64,000 nt of DNA from Eledone cirrhosa (lineage: Eukaryota), in assembly GCA_964016885.1 (NCBI GenBank), contig OZ024752.1, positions 18,290,001-18,354,000 of the forward strand, written 5' to 3'. The translations under genes and the position numbers were made by a program. This document shows, piece after piece, positions 1 to 8,391 of the stretch (positions are counted from its first letter, which is position 1; every line of letters begins with the position of its first letter). The notes under the pieces were generated by a model that saw nothing but the letters and a program-made list of their open reading frames with translations, was not told the DNA's origin and did no database searches.

Positions 1-550
1 ACACTGGGAGGGAGACCAGGAACTGGAGCCAATTGAGGTCCCTTGGCCAATCAAACTCAACATTTAAGTGCTTTGAATAATGCTCCAGCTATGCCTTCAT
101 CTTCTCTTCATCACTGAGAGACAACTCACCAGCATCATTTTTGACACACTTTTCGCCAACAACATCCTGGTTAGTGTGGTCCATTTGTTTGGCAAGCTGG
201 AAGGGGAGATGTCAGCAAACACCTCTTTCTCGGCATCAGACTTGGCCAGTCAGATAACATGCTTGGCAGTTCACTTGGCTTCCAATGTAGGCAGTTTTTG
301 CTTCCTTAGCCTCTACCACTTTACCTGCTTTCATAAGTGCCTTGTATGCTTTGAACCGTGATCGCTTTTCTTTAATTGCACCTTCGACCCTCTGATTCCA
401 CCACCAAGTTTCTTTTCTCCACTGGTGGTTCTTGGACATGCCACGTACCTCAGTTGCTGCATCCAGAAGGGATTGTGTCGTTTCCGGCAGGAGAACCAGT
501 CAATTTAATCTTGAAGGTGTCATGAAATAGGTCAGCCACAGCTGGTGTCT

Positions 551-1447
551 TCAACTTCCAAGTAAATGAACATTGAAGTCACAAACCACTAGTTGGTGCT
601 GTTGGATGCATTTCTCAGGCGGGATGACTTTGACGTTGCTGACTGCTTTCCTGAAACTCTTTCGGAACAAGATGTAATCTATCTGGGTCCTATGGTTGCC
701 GGAACTGAAAGTGACGAGATATGAGTCTCTTTTCTTGAACAATGTGTTACCAACAAGGAGGTCATTGGCAAAAGCAAATTCTAGAATTCTCTCTCCTTCT
801 GCGTTATGGGCCCCGAAGCTGTACCCGCCATGCACATCCTTGTATGCACCATTTACAGCACCAACATGACCATTCCAATCACCCAACACAAAGCGGGTTT
901 CAGAGACTTTGATGACAGTGCTTAGCAACTGGTCAAAGAAGCACTGTTTTGCAGCGTCAGAGAGACCAGACTGAGGAGCGTAAATAGAAAGGAAGGTGAA
1001 AACAACCGTGCCAATGACTAGCTTTAGCAGCAGGATCCTGTTTGAGATGTGCTGGACTTCAAAGACCTTATCCACCCAGTGCTCAGCTAACAGCATGTCT
1101 GCACCACCTTGGCCTTCCTTGTTTCCACACCAGTAAAACTTGTAGCGTGAGTTCCTGCCTTTTATGAAGCGAGTTTGGTTAGGTGTCACACCACCAGCCC
1201 ATCTGTGCTCTTGTATACCACAAAGCTCAACTTTCCATCTCGATAATGTCTCCACCACTTTGCTATCTTGCTTCTTGACTGAGCCAACATTCCATGTGGC
1301 CACCCTGAACTTGGTTGTGTGCTTGCTTGATTCGCCTTGATGGTCTGACCCTGCCACCCGCGAGGAGGCCAAGCCGGAGATGCTACCGGCACTTCTAGTA
1401 TGACTGCTGGCACCACCTATCACAGATACAGTAGAAAGACTTGCCAT
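551..1447 (-). pseudogene. APE-type endonuclease domain of the RTE ORF, disrupted by frameshifts downstream
   Basis: Motifs VATWNVGS, CGIQEHRW, SIYAPQ, VLGDWNGHVG, TQIDYIL and QHQLVVCD match the L1/RTE endonuclease catalytic motifs. The ORF stops at 551 and continues in other frames. Confidence 0.9.
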
Positions 1448-1674
1448 AATACTGAAGCAGGGTTTTTAATGGGGTGGCTGCTCTGCCTATCCCACAACTC
1501 AGAACTTTCAGCATCTGAGACTCTGCCGTTCCCACACTCCGGCTGTGTGCCTGCACGTTGTCCCTGCAAAAGGGTTATCTGTCCAGCCACAGTGGCAACT
1601 TTGCTAGAACACCAGTCAGTCGATGACTGTCACATGAAGCCTACTGCCAGCCAGGTTGAAGCAGCTCGTAACCC

Positions 1675-2092
1675 TGAGAAGGGGGCACCATCATCGACTT
1701 CAGCTGCCAAATCAGAGCTTCACCGTTGAGAAGGGGGCACCATCATCGACTTCAGCTGCCAAACCAGAGCTTCACCATTGAGAAGGGGGCACCATCATAG
1801 ACTTCAGCTACCAAACCAGAGCTTCACCATTGAGAAGGGAGCACCATCATCCACTTCAGCTGCCAAACCAGAGCTTCACCATTGAGAAGGGGGCACCATC
1901 ATCCACTTCAGCTGCCAAACCAGAGCTTCACCATTGAGAAGGGGGCACCATCATCCACTTCAGCTGCCAAACCAGAGCTTCACCATTGAGAAGGGGGCAC
2001 CATCATCCACTTCAGCTGCCAAACCAGAGCATCACCATTGAGAAGGGGGCACCATCATCCACTTCAGCTGCCAAACCAGAGCTTCACCATTG
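1675..2092. repeat. 52-bp tandem repeat, 8 copies, in the putative RTE 5' UTR
   Basis: Unit TGAGAAGGGGGCACCATCATCCACTTCAGCTGCCAAACCAGAGCTTCACCAT starts at 1675, 1727, 1779, 1831, 1883, 1935, 1987 and 2039, with few substitutions. Confidence 0.95.
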
Positions 2093-2626
2093 CCTGCTAA
2101 AAGTTTAGCCAGGGTTCAGTCATTAACTGACGGTACTGAGTCTGTTGGCCATGGTTGGACCTGCCAGGGAATCCCAGACGACATAGCCTCGGTACCACCC
2201 TGTGTTCACCCCTCCGCCACTTTGAGGCCAGCAGGTTGGACTTGAAATAGATTTTAAAAAGGGTTAAAAAGTTTGAAAAGTGTTTTAAATTTTTAGAGAT
2301 TTTTCTTTTTTCAAATATATATATATATGTACACAGACAAACGCACAATCAATCCTACACCCATACAGTATATACATATTTACACATTTTTGGATGGCCA
2401 ATGACTCTAATGAGTTCTTCCACCCTTTGTCAGATTTTATATTTTGCCCTGCATGGTGTCCAAAAATCACCCTCCTCACCAAGTAAACTTGGTGGGGTTG
2501 CTGGTTTAGTCACCGACAACCCAACCATGTGACAGGTTGTACTGGGTTACATGTTACCAATAGCACTCAAGAGATAACAATAATAGTTTATATACATATA
2601 TTTACTTTTATTTCCTGCATCCTCAA

Positions 2627-2672
2627 TGGCATTGCCCCAACATGGCCTCAGCCTGTCGGCTGGAACACCTAA
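2627..2672 (+). mobile_element. Possible degraded SINE 3' tail fragment
   Basis: GCATTGCCCCAACATGGCCTCAGCC...TGGAACA resembles a common octopus SINE tail as I recall it; short and unverified. Confidence 0.3.
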
Positions 2673-2724
2673 TAGAGTATTATCAACAGAAAATATACCT
2701 TGTTTCATCTTGTTAATAGCAATG

Positions 2725-3075
2725 TCATCATCATTTTACATCCATTTTTTCAATGTTTTCACGGTTAGGACAGATTTTTGCAGACCAAGTCACTACTTAA
2801 TTGGAACTACTTTGAGGTGTCAGCCACTGGATCTTTCTCAAAGATGTTTCATTTTGATATGGTTTCTACTACTGGATGCCTTTCCTTAATGCCTACCATT
2901 TTATCAAGTGTATCGAGTGCACTTTATTGTGATACCAGCGCTAGAAAGTTTGTTATATCCTTGAAGCAACTGAAGAATCCTCTCTACTCTTTTCACATGG
3001 TTTCTACAGCTGGATGCCCTTCCTAACGCCAACTACTTTACAGAGTGTACTGGGTGCATTTACCATGGCACCATC
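2725..3075 (-). mobile_element. Old RTE 3' UTR / RTE-tailed SINE remnants (two copies of the conserved tail block)
   Basis: TCATCATCATTTTACATCC at 2725 parallels the (CAT)n-GTTTAACGTCC end at 6428. Blocks TTTCTAC..CTGGATGCC(C/T)TTCCT.AA.GCC at ~2860 and ~3000 match TTTCTACGGCTGGATCCCCTTCCTAACTCC at ~6552 in the RTE 3' UTR. Confidence 0.65.
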
Positions 3076-3308
3076 TGTAGAGAGGTTATGTCTGGAATAT
3101 TAATTAATTAATTATGGATAACAAGTTAAAGTATTATTAAAAGTATTTTGATTTAACAAGATACTGTTTTTTTTATAGTTTTAGTTTATGAATTGTGGAG
3201 TCGTAGAGGCACCGTCATACGGTGTGTCTAGGGCACTTTTAAACCTGGCGGAGACCAACCCTCTCCAAGTTTCAACACAGTCAATTTTTTTTCTATAGAG
3301 GAAGAATC

Positions 3309-3460
3309 AACTCCGGTACTGGACTGGTACTTTTTTATCAACCTCGAAAGGATGAAAGTTGACCACAGTGGGATTTGAACTCAGAGTATGCACTGATGTG
3401 GGATGAATATCATAAAACATTCTATCTGATGTCTTAACGACTCTGCCAGTTCACTGCCTT
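3309..3460 (-). mobile_element. tRNA-derived SINE (diverged copy)
   Basis: B-box GAGTTCAAATCCC on the minus strand (3370-3382) and core ACTGGTACT..TTTATC.ACC.CG.AAGGATGAAAG shared with the SINEs at 4333 and 5127. Confidence 0.75.
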
Positions 3461-3530
3461 ATAAATTTGGGAATATCTCTCTAATGAAAATTAATAATTT
3501 TTTTTTAATGATTTTGCTTTTTGTATTTAG

Positions 3531-3686
3531 GCTTGCTTATGCCCGGATATCAAGAGGAGAACTGAGTGACACAGAAATTCAAATGGCTAAATTTAAAATC
3601 CCCCAAGCTCTTTCATCTTTCAAAGATAACTACAGAATTCTTTACAGACATGAAGATGTGCCTCAATATCAGCGTTTCTCAACCAA
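3531..3686 (+). CDS. Internal coding exon (156 bp, phase 2-2) of an unidentified gene: LAYARISRGELSDTEIQMAKFKIPQALSSFKDNYRILYRHEDVPQYQRFST(K)
   Basis: Polypyrimidine tract plus TTTAG acceptor at 3526-3530, donor GTATGG at 3687, open frame, complex non-repeat protein sequence. Splices in frame to 10648. Confidence 0.8.
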
Positions 3687-3941
3687 GTATGGCAAATATT
3701 AGATCCATTTTTCTTTTTCTTTTCATATGTCCGACTTGGATGACTCTCATAACATGTTCTACATTCATAGATTTCTAAGCAATCATTATCACTTTTATTT
3801 CTCACATGGGTCTCTATATGGGTATGTGTAGTATGTTGTCAACCTTACACTGATGATATCCCGTTATTAAAACCTGTTTCTTCTCATCACCTCTTCATTT
3901 CTGATGTGGCTACATCAACATATTCTTAGTATGTTTCACAT

Positions 3942-4127
3942 TTAACCCTTTAGCATTTAAACCGGCCATATACAACCAGAATGCTCTCACCTCTTTCTGT
4001 TCGAACTGGCTGTAACCAGCTACTCATACTTATGTTAAGGTATTGTTCTCAACATAAATATCAAAGTCTCGTAGATTCCATATTATGTGGGATAATTATG
4101 TGAAATAAAGTGTTTACTTGTGAAAAT
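3942..4127. mobile_element. Non-autonomous DNA transposon (MITE) with piggyBac-like TTAA|CCC left end
   Basis: Begins TTAA-CCCTTTAGCATTTAAACCGGCCATAT. The reverse complement of this end recurs in the adjoining minisatellite units (TAAATGGTAAAGGGTTA). Confidence 0.65.
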
Positions 4128-4332
4128 ACAATAGTATATATAGAGTAATGTAAATAATAAAGGGTTACAATAGTATATATAGAGTAATGTAAATAATAAA
4201 GGGTTACAATAGTATATATAGAGTAATGTAAATAATAAAGTGTTACTATAGTATATATAGAGTAATAGTAAAGGGTTACAATAGTGTATATAGAGTAATG
4301 TAAATGGTAAAGGGTTACTATAGTATATATAA

Positions 4333-4518
4333 TTGTTTCTATTTTTGGCACAAGGCCAGCAATTACTCAGTACATTACTGGTACTTTATTTCATCGACTC
4401 CGTAAAGATGAAAGGCAAAGTTAACCTCGGCGGGATTTGAACTCAGATCATAAAGGGACGTAACTCTATGCTTCAAAGCATGGTGTCCGACTCTCAACCG
4501 ATACTGCCAATCTACCAT
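4333..4518 (-). mobile_element. tRNA-derived SINE, copy A
   Basis: On the minus strand: A-box-like TGGCAGTATCGG, B-box GAGTTCAAATCC, central TTTGCCTTTCATC..TCGAT.AAAT.AAGTACCAG block (resembles the MetaSINE-type domain as I recall it), A-rich end. Confidence 0.85.
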
Positions 4519-4895
4519 ATAATGTAAATAGTAAAGGGTTACTATAGTATATATAGAGTAATGTAATGGTAAAAGGTTACTGTAGTATATATAATGTAAT
4601 AGTAAAGGGTTACTATAGTATATATAATGTAATAGTAAAGGGTTACAATAGTATATATAGAGTAATGTAAATAATAAAGGGTTACAATAGTATATATAGA
4701 GTAAATGATAAAGGGTTACTATAGTATATATAGAGTAATGTAAATGGTAAAGGGTTACTATAGTATATATAGAGTAATGTAAATAATAAAGGGTTACTAT
4801 AGTATATATAGAGTAATGTAAATAATAAAGGGTTACTATAGTATATATAGAGTAATGTAAATGGTAAAGGGTTTCTATAGTATATATAGAGTAAT

Positions 4896-5064
4896 CATCA
4901 TCATCATCATCATTTTACGTCCGCTTTTCCCTGCTTGCAAGGGTGGGACGGGTCTTATTCAGCACAGCATCTCTCCACTCGTCACGGTCCCTCGTCATCT
5001 CCACCGTGAGCTTCAATGATCTGAGGTCTGTTCTCACCACCTCCGCCCATGTTTTTCGTGGTCT
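4896..5064 (-). mobile_element. Severely 5'-truncated RTE LINE (3' ~170 bp) of a second family
   Basis: Minus strand reads RPRKTWAEVVRTDLRSLKLTVEMTRDRDEWRDAVLNKTRPTLASREKRT*, followed by a (GAT)n tail. It is homologous to the C-terminus RPRKTWDDLINSDL of ORF 6824-8365. Confidence 0.9.
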
Positions 5065-5126
5065 AAGGGTTACTATAGTATATATAGAGTAATGTATATG
5101 GTAAAGGGTTACTATAGTATATATAA

Positions 5127-5312
5127 TTGTTTCTTATTTTGGCACAAGGCCAGCAATTAACCAGTACATTACTGGTACTTTATTTTATCGACCCCGTAAG
5201 GATGAAAGGCAAAGTTAACCTCGGCAGGATTTGAACTCAGATCATAAAGGGACGTAACTCTATGCTTCAAAGCATGGTGTCCGACTCTCAACCGATACTG
5301 CCAATCTACCAT
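5127..5312 (-). mobile_element. tRNA-derived SINE, copy B (near-identical to copy A)
   Basis: Aligns end to end with 4333-4518 at offset ~794, including the flanking minisatellite variants. Confidence 0.85.
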
Positions 5313-6427
5313 ATAATGTAAATAGTAAAGGGTTACTATAATATATATAGAGTAATGTAATGGTAAAAGGTTACTATAGTATATATAATGTAATAGTAAA
5401 GGGTTACTATAGTATATATAGAATAATAGTAAAGGGTTACTATAGTATATATAGAGTAATGTAAATAATAAAGGGTTACAATAGTATATATAGAGTAATG
5501 TAAATAATAAAGGTTTAAAATAGTATGTATAGAGTAATAGTAAAGGGTTACTATAGTATATATAGAGTAATAGTAAAGGGTTACTATAGTATATATAGAG
5601 TAATGTAAATAATAAAGGGTTACAATAGTATATATAGAGTAATGTAAATAATAAAGGTTTAAAATAGTATGTATAGAGTAATAGTAAAGGGTTACTATAG
5701 TATATATAGAGTAATAGTAAAGGGTTACTATAGTATATATAGAGTAATAGTAAAGGGTTACTATAGTATATATAGAGTAATGTAAATAATAAAGGGTTAC
5801 AATAGTATATATAGAGTAATGTAAATAATAAAGGTTTAAAATAGTATGTATAGAGTAATAGTAAAGGGTTACTATAGTATATATAGAGTAATAGTAAAGG
5901 GTTACTATAGTATATATAGAGTAATGTAAATAATAAAGGGTTACAATAGTATATATAGAGTAATGTAAATAATAAAGGTTTAAAATAGTATGTATAGAGT
6001 AATAGTAAAGGGTTACTATAGTATATATAGAGTAATAGTAAAGGGTTACTATAGTATATATAGAGTAATAGTAAAGGGTTACTATAGTATATATAGAGTA
6101 ATGTAAATAATAAAGGGTTACAATAGTATATATAGAGTAATGTAAATAATAAAGGTTTAAAATAGTATGTATAGAGTAATAGTAAAGGGTTACTATAGTA
6201 TATATAGAGTAATAGTAAAGGGTTACTATGGCATATATAGAGTAATAGTAAAGGGTTCCTATAGTATATATAATGTAATAGTAAAGGGTTCCTATAGTAT
6301 ATATAATGTAATAGTAAAGGGTTAATATATTATATATAGAGTAATAGTAAAGGGTTACTATAGTATATATAATGTAATAGTAAAGGGTTACTATAGTATA
6401 TATAATGTAATAGTAAAGGGTTACTAT

Positions 6428-8391
6428 CATCATCATCATCATCATCATCATCGTTTAACGTCCATCTTCCATGCTAGCATGGGTTTGGACGGGAATTTTC
6501 CCACTTGAGGCAAGATTGGTTGACTTGCTCGCATAGGACTATCTGGCGGGTTTTCTACGGCTGGATCCCCTTCCTAACTCCAACCACGTTTACAGTGTTG
6601 ACTGGGAGGTTTTTACCGTGTTACCTACATGGCCACATTACAGCGTGGACTGTGTGTTTTTTTGTCGTGACACCTACACGACCTCATTTATTTCGGACTG
6701 GGTGTTGTGGAACCAACATAACTTTACATTGAAAGGGGTGGTGTGGATGGGGTGGGGGTAGTTGGCCTGTGGTGTATTTTTGTTAAGAGGTGCCAACTGA
6801 CTGTAGTAGGTTTCACTTTGCACTTAGGTAAGGCGGGTCTTCTCTATTACTGTGTAGCGCCAAAGATCTCGGTCCAGTGACATTGTCTTGGAGAGGTGTA
6901 AGTTTGTGAGGTCGGAATTTATCAGGTCGTCCCAGGTTTTTCTGGGTCTGCCTACTCCGTGGCTACCGTCTATTTTTATCGCGCTGCACTTTTTTATACA
7001 GCTGTCGTCTTTCATGCGCATCATGTGACCATACCAACATAGTCTTCTCTCGAGTAAACAACATCTGATCCCTCTTATTCCTAATTTCTCCCTTAGTTCA
7101 TTTATGCTTTGCCGTTCACGTATATTACTATTACGCATCCAACGGAGCATGCAAGTTTCGTTCCTCTCCAGTCTGCGTATATCCTCTGCACACAATGCCC
7201 AAGTCTCACTGCCATGTAACATTGCTGTTCGTATGCAGGCATCATACAGCCTGCCTTTCATTTTTAGAGAGAACCCTTTAGCGGCCAATAGTGGTATAAG
7301 CTCTCTGAACTTTTTCCATCCCGTTCTGACTCTAGCTACTGTACTTTCAGAGCACCCTCCCCCACTGCTGATTTTGTCACCCAGGTAATGGAAGGTGTCC
7401 ACTATTTCTATAGAACCTTCTGTGCAATGGAATGAGCTAGTATTCTGTGGGCACTTGCTGCTACTTATTGCACCTGAGCACCGGCCACATATAAAATCTA
7501 TATTCTTAGTTAGCTTACCTGTGATCCCACTACATCTTTTATGCACCCATACTTTGCATTTGGGACATAAAATGGAGTTTCTGCCTACTCCTTTCCTACA
7601 CACTGAGCATGGCCATTTCCCGGATGGGATCAGTGCCCTATTTTCCTTCCTACAAACTAGAACTTTAGTCTTAGACAGGTTAATTTTAAGGCCTTTTGAT
7701 TCTAGGCCATGCTTCCATGTTTGGAATTTCTTCTCTAGTTCAGCCATTGATTCAGCTATGAGCATTAGATCATCTGTGTATAGGAGTTCCCATGGGCAGC
7801 CGGTCTTGAACTCCTCTGTTATAGCCTGAAGGGCAATAATAAATAGTAGGGGGCTAAGGACGGAGCCCTGATGAACACCAACTTTTACGCTAAACTCTTC
7901 ACTATATTCTTTGTTAATTCTAACCTTGCTGACTGTTTCTTTATACATGGCTTGTATAGCTCTCACAAGCCATTCATCAACACCTAGTTTTCTAAGAGCC
8001 CACCAGATAATGGAACGGGGGACTCTGTCAAAGGCTTTCTCCAAGTCAACAAAAGCTAAGTATAGGGGTTTACTTTTAGCTAGGTACTTCTCCTGTAGTT
8101 GTCGTACAATGAAAAGAGCGTCTGTGGTACTTTTGCCTGACACAAACCCGAACTGCATTTCATCTAGGTCAATTCTCTCTCTGATTAGTTGCACTATAAC
8201 TCTTTCTGTGACCTTCATGACCTGGTCAATTAATTTAATGCCTCTATAGTTTCCCCTATCTAGGGCATCTCCTTTACCCTTGTAGCAGTTAATGATGATG
8301 CTGCTACCCCAGTCCTTTGGAACGACCCCATTCTGTATGACTTGGTTTACTATCCGGGTGACCATAGTGTCCCGCCGTTCCAGATGCTTTC
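6428..8391 (-). mobile_element. 5'-truncated RTE-clade LINE (~1.96 kb) with 3' UTR and (GAT)n tail
   Basis: (CAT)n at 6428-6452, 3' stem-loop at ~6459-6490, RT ORF 6824-8365, abrupt junctions with minisatellite units on both sides. Confidence 0.95.
6824..8365 (-). CDS. Reverse transcriptase (N-terminally truncated) with an internal PHD-type zinc finger
   Basis: RT motifs KGKGD..NYRGIKL, QFGF, AFVDLEKAFDRVP, GVHQGSVLSPLLF, LLYTDD, FHYLG; C4HC3 pattern; C-terminal GRPRKTW typical of RTE. Confidence 0.92.
   Translation of the reverse strand: MVTRIVNQVIQNGVVPKDWGSSIIINCYKGKGDALDRGNYRGIKLIDQVMKVTERVIVQLIRERIDLDEMQFGFVSGKSTTDALFIVRQLQEKYLAKSKPLYLAFVDLEKAFDRVPRSIIWWALRKLGVDEWLVRAIQAMYKETVSKVRINKEYSEEFSVKVGVHQGSVLSPLLFIIALQAITEEFKTGCPWELLYTDDLMLIAESMAELEKKFQTWKHGLESKGLKINLSKTKVLVCRKENRALIPSGKWPCSVCRKGVGRNSILCPKCKVWVHKRCSGITGKLTKNIDFICGRCSGAISSSKCPQNTSSFHCTEGSIEIVDTFHYLGDKISSGGGCSESTVARVRTGWKKFRELIPLLAAKGFSLKMKGRLYDACIRTAMLHGSETWALCAEDIRRLERNETCMLRWMRNSNIRERQSINELREKLGIRGIRCCLLERRLCWYGHMMRMKDDSCIKKCSAIKIDGSHGVGRPRKTWDDLINSDLTNLHLSKTMSLDRDLWRYTVIEKTRLT

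Larger units (their letters stand above)
1..2580 (-). mobile_element. Decayed RTE-clade non-LTR retrotransposon, 5' portion (putative 5' UTR, APE endonuclease, linker); continues off the left edge
   Basis: Minus-strand ORF 551-1447 has APE motifs. Frameshifted downstream pieces read WRKETWWWNQRVEGAIKEKR (236-439) and NQDVVGEKCVKNDAGELSLSDEEK..EHY..LNVEFDW (<200), typical of the RTE linker. The 5' boundary (~2240-2580) is estimated from composition only. Confidence 0.85.

Noticed and set aside
80-3026. Short ORFs 80-361, 1186-1416, 1400-1729, 2097-2348, 2285-2482, 2626-2889 and 2778-3026
   Set aside because: They lie in or opposite TE sequence, with no motifs or splice support.
3208-3235. Hairpin CACCGT-CAT-ACGGTG followed by CTAG, as a Helitron 3' end
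   Set aside because: The spacing is short, CTAG is followed by G rather than T, and no 5' end was found; probably a fragment of another small repeat.
4333-5312. tRNA genes
   Set aside because: A and B boxes are present but there is no cloverleaf; these are SINE heads.
5336-6451. 371-aa Tyr/Ile-rich ORF (also 4061-4351 and 9585-9869)
   Set aside because: Translation of 33/39-bp minisatellite units; the poly-Met start is the (CAT)n RTE tail.
6735-6766. G-quadruplex-like G-rich tract
   Set aside because: Only three runs of 3 or more G; ordinary low-complexity part of the RTE 3' UTR.
7104-8249. Plus-strand ORFs 7104-7388, 7395-7829 and 7911-8249
   Set aside because: Antisense shadows of the RT ORF.
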